DNA of 64,000 nt from Candidatus Latescibacterota bacterium (GCA_965203175.1 OZ241867.1:1248001-1312000), one strand, 5' to 3'; shown: positions 19,571-30,712, counted from the stretch's first letter. Numbers and translations are program-made. Notes: a model not told the origin generated them from the sequence alone.

Positions 19571-21126
19571 TCGAGGTCGTATTCCTTCAACTTCCGATAG
19601 AGGGTACGAGTGCTAATGCCGAGGATTGCCGCCGCCTTCCGGCGATTGCCACCAACGCGGTCGAGTGCCTGTTCGATGGCTTCCCGCTCCCTGTCTTTGA
19701 GTGTGGGCAAAGGCTCAATAGCTGCATTTTCGGGGACGTGTATTGCCGTGGGCCCTTGGGGGTCTACGGAATTATTGTATGGGGCGTCGTCAACCGGATA
19801 GATCGGTTGACTGGATTCCTCTGGCGCGACCGGCTGAACGACCGCTGGCGCAACAGGGGGGGGGGTATTGCGTTCGACCGTAGCTCTCAACTCAGCGACC
19901 TCGCGCTTGAGATCCAAGAGAGCAAAGTAGATCAACTCGCGCTCGGATTGGTCCGGCGTCTTGTTGGTTGGCACTGGCAGGTGGCGCGTAGGTTGGCTTC
20001 TGAGGTGGGGTAAGAGGTCTTCGGGTTCGACGAGGGCACGCGGGGCGAGAAAGACCAAGTGCTCGATTAGGTTGCGCAACTCGCGCACATTGCCAGGCCA
20101 AGCATAGCTTTGCAAAAGGTCAATCGCCGCGGCCGAGAACCCTTCTATGCGGCTCTTGTTATCTTGGGTTAACTCGTTAGTGAAGTGCTCGATCAAGAGG
20201 GGAATGTCCTCGGCTCGGCGGCGTAGCGGCGGAATGTCGAGCTCGACGACCTTGAGCCGATGGTAGAGGTCGAGGCGGAACTCGCGCTGGTCAACTGCTT
20301 TTTGTAGGTCGCGGTTGGTCGCGGCGATGACGCGAATATCCACCGAGACAGGCGCACTGCCACCGATGCGGACAACCTCGCGCTGCTCGAGAACCCGCAA
20401 GAGACGCACTTGCGCCGCCGGTGACATTTCGCCGATTTCGTCCAGAAAGACCGTTCCGCTGTCAGCTTGTTCAAAGATGCCTCGGTATTGAGCGCGGGCA
20501 TCAGTGAAGGCCCCCTTCTCATGCCCGAAGAGTTCGTTCTCCAGCAGATTCTCCGGAATGGCACCGCAGTTGAGTGGACGGAAAGGATGTTCGCGTCGGC
20601 TGCTGTAGCGATGTATAGCTTCGGCGACTAGGTCTTTGCCTGCGCCGCTTTCTCCCGTCAGTAGGATAGAGGAGACTGGTGTCGGTGCCACGATTAAAAT
20701 GCGTTCGCGCAATTGGCGCATTAAGGACGACTGACCCACCAGCTCGGCTCCGTGCAAAAAGTCCCCTCGCTCTAGTAGGTGGTCCAGATGTTGGCGCAGG
20801 ATTTCGGCCTCAAAGGGCACGGCGATTTGGTCCTTGAGAGGCGAGTCCCACAGAAGTCGGTCCCAGTTCTCATCGGCGTTGCCCAAGCCTAGTACGGGCA
20901 CATCGCGGTGCTGGTCGAGTGCGGCGACCCCCTCTGCTAGGACGGCGGGCGGGAGTTCCATATCAAAAGCGACTAGATCCATCCCACGCCGCAGCAGCGG
21001 TCCAAGCGCATTGCCATTAGCCGCGTTGATTACGCGCAGCCGCGCGTCATGGACCGCAGACTTGAATTCCGCTTCCAGTTCTGCCTGCTGAGTCAGAAGC
21101 AAAATATGACGTTGCATCAGGGTCAT
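19567..21126 (-). CDS. Sigma54-dependent NtrC/Fis-family activator with degenerate receiver domain
   Basis: GESGAGKD, ELFGHEKGAFTDA, WPGNVREL, C-terminal HTH; exact start uncertain. Confidence 0.92.
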   Translation of the reverse strand: MTLMQRHILLLTQQAELEAEFKSAVHDARLRVINAANGNALGPLLRRGMDLVAFDMELPPAVLAEGVAALDQHRDVPVLGLGNADENWDRLLWDSPLKDQIAVPFEAEILRQHLDHLLERGDFLHGAELVGQSSLMRQLRERILIVAPTPVSSILLTGESGAGKDLVAEAIHRYSSRREHPFRPLNCGAIPENLLENELFGHEKGAFTDARAQYRGIFEQADSGTVFLDEIGEMSPAAQVRLLRVLEQREVVRIGGSAPVSVDIRVIAATNRDLQKAVDQREFRLDLYHRLKVVELDIPPLRRRAEDIPLLIEHFTNELTQDNKSRIEGFSAAAIDLLQSYAWPGNVRELRNLIEHLVFLAPRALVEPEDLLPHLRSQPTRHLPVPTNKTPDQSERELIYFALLDLKREVAELRATVERNTPPPVAPAVVQPVAPEESSQPIYPVDDAPYNNSVDPQGPTAIHVPENAAIEPLPTLKDREREAIEQALDRVGGNRRKAAAILGISTRTLYRKLKEYDLE

Positions 21127-21148
21127 GGTTCTTCCCACTGTCGTCGCC

Positions 21149-24100
21149 TCAGTTGAGGGTTTCCAACTCGTGGCGCAGGGTCTCGATCCGCTCGCGGGCT
21201 TCCTGCCCCTGTGGACTCTGCCCCCCTTCGCGCCGCGCGATCCGCTCGTAGATGGTTATGGCCGTGGCGTCTTCGCCCAGCGATTCGTGGCAGCGGGCGC
21301 GCTGGAAATCCGCCGAGGTGATCCACATGCTGAGCCCTTCAGAGCCGTGGTAACTGACTTTGTAATAGGCTTGGATAGCCTTGCGGTACTCGCCCATGTT
21401 CTGATAGGATTCGCCGATGTAAAACCGAGCTTGAGAAGCGCCGTTGCCATCGAGTAGCTGCTGGGAAAGCAGATCCTCTAGTTGTTCAATGGATTGGGCG
21501 TATTGGCCCTTATTCTTGAGGATGATGCCTAGTTCGAGTTGGATCTCGACGGCTTTGGGGTTGTCGGGGTATTGGCTCAGTAGCTGGTTGGCTATTTGGT
21601 GAGCGGCCTCGTACTCGTGGGCTTTTTGGTAGCTCTTGAGGAGTTTCCACAGCGCATTTTGGATCTGTTCGCTACTGATTTCCGGTGCGTCCAAGACGTG
21701 TTTGTAGGCCCCGGCCGCTTGTAGGAAGTTGCGCAGCGAAAAGTGGTAGTCTCCTAGGCGCAAGTAAGCGTCGACTGTCTGAGGACTCGTTGGATATTGC
21801 CGGACAAAATGCGAGATAGCCTCCAGCGCATACGCCGCTCCTTCCTCACTGGGCGCCGCCCGGTTTCGCTTCCACAGCGTTATGGCCATCCAATAGGCCC
21901 CATCGTCGGCCCAAGTGCCGCCTTGCTCTTCTACCTTTTGAAACGTCTCGTATGCCTTCTTGTGGTTGCCCGCCTGCAAGTAGTATTTCCCTTCTTCGAT
22001 CGAGAAATGTTGCCGCCACTCCGTCTCCTCCTTGAATCGCTTGGCAAACTGCTTGGCTGCCTTGCGCCCCTCTTCTATGCGCTTGAGTCGGAACAAGGCT
22101 AGGACGGCTTGTCCGTGGATCAGAGCATCCTCGCTTTGCTGCATCAGGGGCTGATACAGCTGATAGGCTTGCTTGTATTTCTGTTGGGCAAAGGCGATGT
22201 GGCCGGCCCGCGCCGAGGCGTCGGTCGCCAGTTCGCTGGAGGCAAACTCTTGGCCGACCTTGCGGAAGAGCCGAAGAGCCTCGTCTTCCTGCCCCAACCT
22301 CAGTTGCAGTATCGCTTGGGCGAAGTAAATGCTGTCTAGTCCCGCTGGGTTTGGTTCTTCGGCGAGTATTTGCCGATAGGTCTCCATGGCCTCGCCGTAG
22401 CGGTTGAGGTGGTGATAAGCGCGGCCGGTTCGTCGGAGAATCGGCCCCCTGTCGTCGGAGATGGTCGAGTTGGAAACTAGCGGTAGGTATAGCTCGATGG
22501 CTGCGGCGTATTGGCCGAGCTGGAAGTAGGTGTCGCCCAGCAGTTTTTGGGCGGCGCGGCGTTGGGGAAAGGCCGGGTAGCCCCAGCGCAACTCTTGCAG
22601 CCGGGCGATGGCTTCTTGGGTGCGCTCCTGCGCTAGGCGGATATGGCTCAGTTCAAAGAGCACCGGTGCCGTCAGCGGACTGTCGGGATAGTCTCGCAGA
22701 ATGCGCTCGAACAGGTCGGCCGCAGCTCGGTATTGGCCTTTTTGCACTAGGCAAAGACTCTTGCCGTACAGAGCGTGGGGTACGAGTGGGCTACCAGAAA
22801 AGAGGCGACCGAGCTGGTCGTAGGCCGCAATGGCCTCGTCGAACCAAGTAGTAGTGGTATCGGTCGCCCCGAGTTGGCGGCGGGCATCGCCCAGCTGCAA
22901 AAGGGCTTGGTCTAGATGGGCATCTCGGCGCTCGGAAAACTCGGCGACGAAGGCGGCAAGCCCCTCTTCGAGCGTTGACAATCGCAGCGAGTCGGGGCGG
23001 TCCTCGGCTTCGAGTGTAATGAGGCGCAGTCGTGCGCGCCGGGCCCAAGTGCTGTCGGTGGGGACTTGCTCGACGAGAATAGTGCTGTCGGTGGGGGCTT
23101 GCTTGACGAGAACGCGGTATCCCCGGAGAGCAAGAATCCGCAGCGAGTCAGCGCTGGCAGGCTCTGCTTCTAGCTCGCGTTGGCGGGAGAGCCGGAGCAG
23201 GCTTTCGGCCAAAAAGTACTGTGCTTCGCTGCGGTTGTGATCGTCTGGATAGGCTGCGGCGTAGTGTTTGAAGGACTGGGCAGCAGTCACAAAATCGTGG
23301 TGCGCGAACAGCACCCGAGCTACCTCTAGCAGCACGAGTTGGCGCGGCTTGCCGCTCAACTCGTCGATCCACGCCTGCTGTAGGGCCCGGTTGAGGCCGG
23401 CCCGGTCCAAGACGGTGAACTCGCGCAGATATTCGATTCGCTGGCGCACCTCCTCGCTCCGACGGTCCGCGGGGAAGAGTTCGAGAAAGGCCGTATACTC
23501 GCGCAGTGCCGTGCGCGGCTGTCCACTTCGCTCAAAAGTCTGGGCGAGGGAAAATTGCGCTTTGGTTGCTACCTCGTCCTGAGCCGAAGCTAGCTGGCGA
23601 TAGAGGGCGATGGCTTCTTCGTAGTAACCGGTTGAATCATAGAGTGCGGCGAGTTCGAAGCGCACGGCGTCGGCATCGGGGGCGGTATCGGCTTCCTGAA
23701 GGTAGCGGCGATACCAAGTTATCGAGCGGCTGTGTTCGCGGCGTCTCTTGTAGAGGACGCCCAGTTCCTGCAGCGCACTGATGGCTTCGGGGCTGTCGCC
23801 GGTCTGGATCAATCCTTGAAACAGGCCCACTGCGAGGGCGAATTGTCCGGCTTGGCCTAGGGCGATGGCTCGGCCAAGCTGCGCCCGGAGGAAAGCGGGA
23901 TGGCCGGGTTGGAGCATGGAGCGTAGCTTTTCGTAATGGGCGATGGCCTTGCTCGTCTGATGACTCTGGCGGCGGGCATCGGCTAGCCCAAGGAGTGCGC
24001 GTTCTTTGAGAGAGCGGTCGTCAATTTTGCTGTAGGCGCGCTGATAGGCGTCCCCAGCTTGGCTGAAGAGGCGCGATCGATAGAGATCGTCGGCGCGATC

Positions 24101-24850
24101 TAGATAGGCGCTGTCGGTCTGCGCCGCTTTGGGAAAGCGCCGCGCTAGCGATTTGAATTGTTTCTCAGCGGTTTCTCTATTGCCCATGAAGAGCGCGATG
24201 CGCCCTCCGAGCAGCAGGGCGCTGGGGGCTTCAGGCGGCGACGGTGCCGCGGTGGCGATTTGCCCAAGCAACTGTTGGGCCTCTTCGACCCGACCAGCGG
24301 CAAAGCGCAACTGGGCCAGCCGATAGCGGGCCAAATGCGCTTGCTTAGAAGTCGCGTAGTCGGTCAGCAGACGTCCATAGACAGCTTCGGCTTGCCGCAA
24401 GTTTTCAGCGCGGGTATAATTGGCTGCTGCCTCAATCAAGGCTTTGGCGGCGAATTCGCTGGTGCTGAAACGACGCTGCACCTCTTCGTATGACCGAGCG
24501 GCCAACAGGTATTGACCTTGCTCGGCCAGACAGGCCGCTCGCTCGCGTCGTGCGTCGGCAGCATTCAAGTGCTCGAGATGTTCGAGATAAAACGTCTCGT
24601 AGGCCGGCACCGCTAGGTCGCAATGGCCGCTTTGGCGGTACGCACGCGCCAGCATCAGTCGAGCCTCGGCTATCTGCTGACTGTCGGGATAATTGCGAAC
24701 AAACTCGGCAAATAGCCCGGCGGCGGTGGCATAGTCGCCGGCATCCCGGAAGAGATTGCGGGCCAGTTTGAAGTCGTCCTCTGCGCTCGCTTGCGCCCAG
24801 CTTTGGGTGCTTAGGCAGAGGAGAAACACTAACATCAACTTTGGAACCAT
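21149..24850 (-). CDS. Large exported TPR-repeat protein (BamD/YbgF-like repeats)
   Basis: Signal peptide; many A..Y....YP.S...A...LA repeats over 1233 aa. Confidence 0.85.
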   Translation of the reverse strand: MVPKLMLVFLLCLSTQSWAQASAEDDFKLARNLFRDAGDYATAAGLFAEFVRNYPDSQQIAEARLMLARAYRQSGHCDLAVPAYETFYLEHLEHLNAADARRERAACLAEQGQYLLAARSYEEVQRRFSTSEFAAKALIEAAANYTRAENLRQAEAVYGRLLTDYATSKQAHLARYRLAQLRFAAGRVEEAQQLLGQIATAAPSPPEAPSALLLGGRIALFMGNRETAEKQFKSLARRFPKAAQTDSAYLDRADDLYRSRLFSQAGDAYQRAYSKIDDRSLKERALLGLADARRQSHQTSKAIAHYEKLRSMLQPGHPAFLRAQLGRAIALGQAGQFALAVGLFQGLIQTGDSPEAISALQELGVLYKRRREHSRSITWYRRYLQEADTAPDADAVRFELAALYDSTGYYEEAIALYRQLASAQDEVATKAQFSLAQTFERSGQPRTALREYTAFLELFPADRRSEEVRQRIEYLREFTVLDRAGLNRALQQAWIDELSGKPRQLVLLEVARVLFAHHDFVTAAQSFKHYAAAYPDDHNRSEAQYFLAESLLRLSRQRELEAEPASADSLRILALRGYRVLVKQAPTDSTILVEQVPTDSTWARRARLRLITLEAEDRPDSLRLSTLEEGLAAFVAEFSERRDAHLDQALLQLGDARRQLGATDTTTTWFDEAIAAYDQLGRLFSGSPLVPHALYGKSLCLVQKGQYRAAADLFERILRDYPDSPLTAPVLFELSHIRLAQERTQEAIARLQELRWGYPAFPQRRAAQKLLGDTYFQLGQYAAAIELYLPLVSNSTISDDRGPILRRTGRAYHHLNRYGEAMETYRQILAEEPNPAGLDSIYFAQAILQLRLGQEDEALRLFRKVGQEFASSELATDASARAGHIAFAQQKYKQAYQLYQPLMQQSEDALIHGQAVLALFRLKRIEEGRKAAKQFAKRFKEETEWRQHFSIEEGKYYLQAGNHKKAYETFQKVEEQGGTWADDGAYWMAITLWKRNRAAPSEEGAAYALEAISHFVRQYPTSPQTVDAYLRLGDYHFSLRNFLQAAGAYKHVLDAPEISSEQIQNALWKLLKSYQKAHEYEAAHQIANQLLSQYPDNPKAVEIQLELGIILKNKGQYAQSIEQLEDLLSQQLLDGNGASQARFYIGESYQNMGEYRKAIQAYYKVSYHGSEGLSMWITSADFQRARCHESLGEDATAITIYERIARREGGQSPQGQEARERIETLRHELETLN

Positions 24851-24940
24851 ATCAATTCTCAGCTATTCTCAAGAAGTATGCCAATCTGACACGTAGTATA
24901 GAGTGTAAAATATAGTAAAATGCGGTCAAGGTGTGCAGCG

Positions 24941-25798
24941 ATGGAGAGTCTGCCGGTCGAAAAAGCGTACGCAAAAATAAACTTGGGGTTTAAGGTTCTC
25001 GGCCGCCGCTCCGATGGCTACCACGAGATCCTCAGCGTGGCTCAATGCGTGGATTTAGCGGACGTCCTGTACTTTGAATCAGCTTCCTCCGATCAATTGA
25101 CCTGTAATCTCGATAGTCTATCGACCGGGCCGGACAACCTAGTGTGTCGCGCAGTTGATGCCTTTCGCGCTCGGCTCGACCGGCCGACCCAGTCTTTCCG
25201 CATCCACCTAGAGAAGAATATACCTATAGGTGCAGGCCTGGGCGGGGGCAGTGCCGACGCGGCAGCGGCCCTGCGAGCACTCAATCGCTTCTATGACCAG
25301 CCATTCTCGACCGCAGACCTCCGCCAGATCGCCGCAACCCTTGGCTCGGACATTCCCTTCCTAGTGGAAGGCGGCACCGCTCTAATGAGAGGCCGGGGCG
25401 AGATGCTCGAAGCGCTGAGCTGGGAGGGCGCAGTCTTTTATGTGCTGGTGTACCCCGAGGTCGAGATCAGCACGGCGTGGGCTTATGGCCAACTCGGCCC
25501 TATCTTGACAGAAAATTCTCCCTATTTTAACTTTATTATTTCCCTGAGCGGCGGGTGCGTTGACCACGACAGGTTATTTGAAGTGCTGGAGAACGACTTC
25601 ACGCCCGTGGTAGATCGCGCCTATCCCATCGTCGCAGAACTTCGTTCTCAACTGGACCGAGTTGGTGCCCGCGCCGCGTCCATGTCGGGCAGTGGCTCCA
25701 CTGTTTACGGTATCTTCGACGACCGGAAGACCGCCTCTCAGGCGCACAGCGCACTGCAAAGGCAAGGTTGCCGGTCTTTTTTATGTCAGCCGGTCTAG
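24941..25798 (+). CDS. ispE: 4-diphosphocytidyl-2-C-methyl-D-erythritol kinase
   Basis: AYAKINL, KNIPIGAGLGGGSADAA, MSGSGSTV; alternative start 24920. Confidence 0.95.
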   Translation: MESLPVEKAYAKINLGFKVLGRRSDGYHEILSVAQCVDLADVLYFESASSDQLTCNLDSLSTGPDNLVCRAVDAFRARLDRPTQSFRIHLEKNIPIGAGLGGGSADAAAALRALNRFYDQPFSTADLRQIAATLGSDIPFLVEGGTALMRGRGEMLEALSWEGAVFYVLVYPEVEISTAWAYGQLGPILTENSPYFNFIISLSGGCVDHDRLFEVLENDFTPVVDRAYPIVAELRSQLDRVGARAASMSGSGSTVYGIFDDRKTASQAHSALQRQGCRSFLCQPV

Positions 25799-25828
25799 CT
25801 CGGGGGAGTGCGAGGCATAAAGATAGGT

Positions 25829-25903
25829 AGCCCGGTCGTTCAATTGGTAGGACAACGGATTTTGGTTCCGTTTATCGAGGTTCGAGTCCTCGCCGGGCTG
25901 CCA
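25829..25903 (+). tRNA. tRNA-Gln(TTG)
   Basis: Cloverleaf: acceptor AGCCCGG/CCGGGCT, anticodon arm ACGGA-TTTTGGT-TCCGT, T arm CGAGG-TTCGAGT-CCTCG, encoded CCA; usual position after ispE. Confidence 0.95.
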
Positions 25904-25947
25904 TTATGCCATTGATATTCGATTGAGTCTTTTGAGGAGACGTTCCG

Positions 25948-26664
25948 ATGCCACAAGTTCCACTACAGATCCAAGCGCGCGAGCAAGTCGCGCTCAAAGT
26001 CCAGTCCCGCCAAGAGCAGGGCAAGGGACCGGTGGGCCAGATGCGCCGCCTGCAGGGCCAGTTGCCCGGGGTGATCTACGGCCACAATCAGCCCACTGAG
26101 TCCTTCAAGACGGATGCCCATGGCTTGGAGCTCATTCTGAGCAAGGGCGGGCAAAACGCGATCATCTTGATTGAGCACGAAGAGCCTGACAGAGCTCCTG
26201 AGCAGGCCCTGATTCGCGACATCCAATACCACAAGGTCCGCGGCGATGTGCTGCACTTAGACCTTTTGCGCATCGATCCGAGCGAGACGCTGCGCGCCAA
26301 TGTCCCGATCCTGACTGAGGGGGAGCCCGAAGGAGTCCGCAACGAGGGCGGGGCCTTGCAGCAGGCGCTGACTGCAATCGAAATGGAGTGCGTCGTCTCG
26401 GAAATGCCCTCTGCGATGGTGATTGATATCTCTTCGCTGGTCATCGGCGACAGCCTGCATGTGAGCGATCTCGTCGAACAAGAGCCGCGCATTACCACCG
26501 ATCCGGACCGCACGATTGTCAACGTCTTGGCTCCGCGCTTGATCACTGAGGAGGAAGAAGCCGAGGAGGTCGAAGGAGAGGAAGGCGAAGGAGAGGAAGG
26601 CGAAGGAGAGGAAGGCGAAGGAGGTGGCGAGGGCGGCGAAGGCGACGAGGGTGGCGAAGAGTAG
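25948..26664 (+). CDS. rplY: 50S ribosomal protein L25/Ctc
   Basis: LPGVIYG, IQYHKV...HLDL, GVRNEGG, IGDSLHVSDL; acidic E/G tail. Confidence 0.93.
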   Translation: MPQVPLQIQAREQVALKVQSRQEQGKGPVGQMRRLQGQLPGVIYGHNQPTESFKTDAHGLELILSKGGQNAIILIEHEEPDRAPEQALIRDIQYHKVRGDVLHLDLLRIDPSETLRANVPILTEGEPEGVRNEGGALQQALTAIEMECVVSEMPSAMVIDISSLVIGDSLHVSDLVEQEPRITTDPDRTIVNVLAPRLITEEEEAEEVEGEEGEGEEGEGEEGEGGGEGGEGDEGGEE

Positions 26665-26666
26665 AT

Positions 26667-27224
26667 TTGCAAGTAGCCTTGGGTTTGGGCAATCCCGGTG
26701 CGCGCTACGCGTCAACGCGGCATAACATAGGCTTTATGGTGGTAGACCACCTAGCGGCCCGCTGTGGTGTTGACTGGCAGCATCGAGCGGACGTACAGGG
26801 CCAAGTTGTCCGAGTAGTGCTGGGTGGTCGGGAAGTGCTTTTGGCTAAGCCCCAGACCTATATGAACCGCAGCGGTTCGACCGCTGCGGCCCTTTGCGCC
26901 CAATGGAAAGTGCTTCCCGAGGACGTATTGGTCATCTTCGACGACTTCCTCCTCGATTTCGGGTGCCTGCGCTTTCGCCGTGGTGGCAGTGATGGCGGGC
27001 ACAACGGTTTGGCTTCAGTACTCGAAGCGCTCAACACGGAAGCCGTACCGCGCCTGCGTTTAGGAATCGGCATCCCACCTGCGGATGCGGACGTCATCGA
27101 CTACGTCTTGGATCCGTTTTCCCCCGCAGACGAGGTAGAAGACTTGATTGAGCGCGGGAATGCGGCGCTCGAAGTGTACTACGCCGAAGGCATCGAGGCG
27201 GCCATGAACAAGTTCAACGGTTAA
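26667..27224 (+). CDS. pth: Peptidyl-tRNA hydrolase
   Basis: GLGNPG..Y..TRHNIGF, KPQTYMN.SG, GGHNGL. Confidence 0.96.
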   Translation: MQVALGLGNPGARYASTRHNIGFMVVDHLAARCGVDWQHRADVQGQVVRVVLGGREVLLAKPQTYMNRSGSTAAALCAQWKVLPEDVLVIFDDFLLDFGCLRFRRGGSDGGHNGLASVLEALNTEAVPRLRLGIGIPPADADVIDYVLDPFSPADEVEDLIERGNAALEVYYAEGIEAAMNKFNG

Positions 27225-27259
27225 AAAGCAACGTAGCCGAGGGAGGGTTACAAACGCAT

Positions 27260-29299
27260 ATGGAAATTTGGACAAGCGCAGCGCCATTCATAGGTCTGGG
27301 CGGTTTGCTTTGCTCGCTCCTGCTGTACTTTTACATCAAAAAGTCTCCGGCGGGCACTCCAGAGATGGTGGAAATCTCAGAGGCTATCCACGATGGAGCT
27401 ATGGCCTTTCTCAAACGCGAGTACACCATCCTCGCCGGGTTTATCGTCATCGTTTTCGCCCTCCTTTTTGCCTTCGTCGGTGCCCATACCGCGTACGCTT
27501 TCTTGGCGGGAGCCGTTTGCTCCATTTTGGCCGGTTATACCGGTATGAAGGCGGCCTGTCACGCCAATGTTCGCACCGCCCAAGCGGCCAACCAGCGCGG
27601 CCAAGGACCGGCGCTGAACATCGCTTTTTCAGGGGGCGCCGTGATGGGACTTGCCGTGGCTGGCTTGGGACTTTTCGGCGTTGGAGCGCTGGCTAGCGCC
27701 CTTGGTATCTGGAGCGATATAAGCCAAGCATCCACGATCAACGGCTTCGCTATGGGAGCCTCTTCGATTGCTCTTTTCGCGCGCGTTGGCGGCGGCATCT
27801 TCACCAAGACCGCCGATGTAGGTGCCGACTTGGTGGGCAAAGTAGAGGCGGGGATTCCCGAGGACGATCCCCGCAATCCGGCCGTTATCGCCGACAATGT
27901 CGGCGACAATGTCGGCGATGTAGCTGGCATGGGTGCCGATATCTTTGAATCGTACGTTGGCTCGGTCATTGCTACCATTGCCATCGCCGCCACCGCGTCC
28001 GCGTCACTGCTGGCCACTATTGCTCCCAGTATCTCCGATCCGACCCAGGCGAAACTTGCGGCAATGAGCTTCCCGCTGATCGTCATCACGATCGGTATAG
28101 TCGCGTCGCTACTGGGCGTGTTGATGGTGCGGATACTGCAGAATTTCGACCCCGGTGCCGCATTGCGCTACTCGACTTGGGTTGCAGCCGCACTAATGAT
28201 TTTGGGTGCTTGGTGGGTCTCCGGGACAATCGGCCTATCCAATCAGCCGGTGTGGGCACTATGCGCGGGCTGTTTGGCCGGGATCGCGATTGGCCTTTTT
28301 ACCGAGTACTACACTGGCGGCAAACCCATCCGCACCATCGCTGAAACCTCTAAGACTGGCGTGGCGACCAATATTATTTCCGGTCTGGCCATAGGCATGG
28401 AGAGCGTCGTTCTGCCGACCTTGGGGATCGTCATCGCCATTGGCTTGGCCTTTCACTTTGCCGGGCTTTTTGGGATTGGGATCGCCGCCGTGGGCATGCT
28501 GGCCACCGTGGGTATCACTATGTCGGTTGACGCCTACGGCCCCATCGCCGACAACGCCGGCGGCATTACCGAAATGGCAGGCTTGGGCGAAGACACGCGC
28601 AAGATCACCGATGGTCTCGACTCACTCGGCAACACGACCGCGGCCATGGGCAAAGGATTTGCCATTGGTTCGGCGGCGTTGACGGCATTGGCACTTTTTT
28701 CGGCCTATTCCTCCGCTATTGAGACCGCAACCGGTGAGCCGGTCGTCATTGACGTGACTACGCCGATTGTCGTCGGCGGGCTTTTTATCGGCGCGATGAT
28801 TCCCTACCTAGCGGCCTCCATTACCATGACCTCAGTCGGCAAGGCCGCCTTCAAGATGGTCGAGGAAGTCCGGCGTCAGTTCCGCGAGATCGAGGGCCTG
28901 ATGGAAGGCAAAGCCAAGCCCGATACCCAGCGCTGCGTGGAAATCAGCACGACGGCAGCGCTGCGCGAGATGATTCTACCAGGCTTGTTGGCGGTGTTGG
29001 CTCCGGTCGCGGTTGGGTTCGGCCTCGGCCCCATCGCCTTGGGCGGTATGCTCGCCGGGGCGACGGTCAGCGGCGTCCTGTTGGCATTGATGATGGCCAA
29101 TAGCGGCGGGGCTTGGGACAACGCCAAAAAATGGATCGAAGAAGGCCACTTGGGGGGCAAGGGCTCTGACCCCCACAAAGCCGCCGTCGTTGGCGATACG
29201 GTCGGCGACCCATTCAAGGACACTTCGGGGCCGTCGCTAAACATACTCATCAAGCTGATGTCGGTGATATCTCTCGTCCTGGCACCGCTTTTCGTCTGA
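27260..29299 (+). CDS. hppA: Membrane-bound Na+/H+-translocating pyrophosphatase, K+-dependent type
   Basis: [32 protein letters not shown] (Ala at the K+-dependence position), [10 protein letters not shown]. Confidence 0.95.
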   Translation: MEIWTSAAPFIGLGGLLCSLLLYFYIKKSPAGTPEMVEISEAIHDGAMAFLKREYTILAGFIVIVFALLFAFVGAHTAYAFLAGAVCSILAGYTGMKAACHANVRTAQAANQRGQGPALNIAFSGGAVMGLAVAGLGLFGVGALASALGIWSDISQASTINGFAMGASSIALFARVGGGIFTKTADVGADLVGKVEAGIPEDDPRNPAVIADNVGDNVGDVAGMGADIFESYVGSVIATIAIAATASASLLATIAPSISDPTQAKLAAMSFPLIVITIGIVASLLGVLMVRILQNFDPGAALRYSTWVAAALMILGAWWVSGTIGLSNQPVWALCAGCLAGIAIGLFTEYYTGGKPIRTIAETSKTGVATNIISGLAIGMESVVLPTLGIVIAIGLAFHFAGLFGIGIAAVGMLATVGITMSVDAYGPIADNAGGITEMAGLGEDTRKITDGLDSLGNTTAAMGKGFAIGSAALTALALFSAYSSAIETATGEPVVIDVTTPIVVGGLFIGAMIPYLAASITMTSVGKAAFKMVEEVRRQFREIEGLMEGKAKPDTQRCVEISTTAALREMILPGLLAVLAPVAVGFGLGPIALGGMLAGATVSGVLLALMMANSGGAWDNAKKWIEEGHLGGKGSDPHKAAVVGDTVGDPFKDTSGPSLNILIKLMSVISLVLAPLFV

Positions 29300-29338
29300 G
29301 GGATGTGCCTCAGACCAGAACCAAGAAAGCGTAATACA

Positions 29339-29884
29339 ATGAGAAACTACGAACTCGTATGTATCTTGGACCCCCAAGCCGGCGAGGGCCAATACGATCA
29401 ACTCGTCGAAAAATACGAGGCTCTACTTGAGGAAAATGGCGGGCAAGTCGTCCGGATCGACAATTGGGGTCTGCGGCGTCTGGCCTATACCTCGTCTAGC
29501 CTGAAGAATCGGCTCCAAGGCTACTACGTGCTCTACCAGTTTTCCGCCGAGCCGACGGCAATTGAAGGGCTAGAGCAGACGCTCAAGCTCGACGAAGTGG
29601 TGCTGCGCTACCTCGTCACTGCTGTCGAAGGCGAGTTTATCCACGTGCCCGAGCTAGCCGCCGACAATTTCCTCGAAGAAGCTTTTGCCCGGCCTACCCG
29701 TGGTCCGAGGGACCGAGGTGGTGGCCCGCACCGCGACTCCCGCGGCCCGAGGGGCCGCGGCGAGGTCCACAGTGCTGCACCTGAACACGAGGCTCTTGAT
29801 GAAGAGGTAGAAGAAGTAGAGAAGGTGGAAGAGGCAGAGGGTTCACCAGAAGAGGCCGTCGTCCAAGAGTCCGACGACTCTTAG
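29339..29884 (+). CDS. rpsF: 30S ribosomal protein S6 with long R/G-rich then acidic tail
   Basis: MRNYELVCILDP, WGLRRLAY, GYY, VLRYL. Confidence 0.93.
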   Translation: MRNYELVCILDPQAGEGQYDQLVEKYEALLEENGGQVVRIDNWGLRRLAYTSSSLKNRLQGYYVLYQFSAEPTAIEGLEQTLKLDEVVLRYLVTAVEGEFIHVPELAADNFLEEAFARPTRGPRDRGGGPHRDSRGPRGRGEVHSAAPEHEALDEEVEEVEKVEEAEGSPEEAVVQESDDS

Positions 29885-29899
29885 AGTCGGCGTGCGCCG

Positions 29900-30712
29900 A
29901 TGTTGATTCTGCTGGGCATAGCGCTGGCGGTCGCTTCGCTTTTGGCCAGTTTGCGCTACGGCTCGCGTGGTGCTCTGCCCTTGATTGGCCTGCTTTGCTT
30001 GGGCACCGCCATGCTGCTAGGGGCTGCGTTGGGGCTGGTGCCCATTATGGGGTTGCTCGCCGCTTTGCAAATAGAGCGTCAGCAGACCTATGGTCGCGTC
30101 ATGGCCATGGCCTGTACGCCACCGGCGGGCTTGTGTCTTTGGCAGTTAATTCAGGCGCGCGATGGCACCCATCGCCAAGAGCAAGCCGCCGCCGTCTTGG
30201 AGCAGTTCCAAGCCTTGGAGATGGCCGTTGAGGAAGGCGGCCAGATGCTACTCGCGATTATCGACGCGGTCCTGCGGGTGCAGCCGGCCATCGAGATGGC
30301 GACCCTACTTTTGACGTTTGTCGTAGCGTATCGCCTGAGTCAGGGCCTGGCCTTGCGGCTGGGACTGTCGCTGCCCGCCCCCCTGCCGTTGTCTTTGTGG
30401 CGGCCTTGGGAAGAGCTGATTTGGGTATTGATCGCGGCCTTGGGGCTAAGTCTTTTGGGCGATGGGTTGTTGGCCGATTTGGGTCTCAACCTGATCGTGT
30501 TGATGGGGATTATCTACGGGGTTCAAGGGGTGGCAGTTCTGCGCTTTTTTGCCCAGCGTCAAAGGGTTCCGCCTTTGGTCGAGCTGTTGTTTTACATAGG
30601 GCTTTTTTTTGTCGTAGGGTTGGCGTTTCTACTCTTGGCTGGATTGGGGCTTTTGGATACTTGGTTCGATTGGCGTCGGCTGCGCCCAGCCCCCACGGAG
30701 GAAGAAGCGTAA
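29900..30712 (+). CDS. DUF2232/YybS-family membrane protein
   Basis: Multi-TM; QGVAV, GLLDTWFDWRR C-terminal motif; precedes rplI. Confidence 0.8.
   Translation: MLILLGIALAVASLLASLRYGSRGALPLIGLLCLGTAMLLGAALGLVPIMGLLAALQIERQQTYGRVMAMACTPPAGLCLWQLIQARDGTHRQEQAAAVLEQFQALEMAVEEGGQMLLAIIDAVLRVQPAIEMATLLLTFVVAYRLSQGLALRLGLSLPAPLPLSLWRPWEELIWVLIAALGLSLLGDGLLADLGLNLIVLMGIIYGVQGVAVLRFFAQRQRVPPLVELLFYIGLFFVVGLAFLLLAGLGLLDTWFDWRRLRPAPTEEEA

Noticed and set aside
26550-26661. GAAGGAGAGGAAGGC tandem repeats
   Set aside because: They encode the ordinary low-complexity acidic tail of L25/Ctc.
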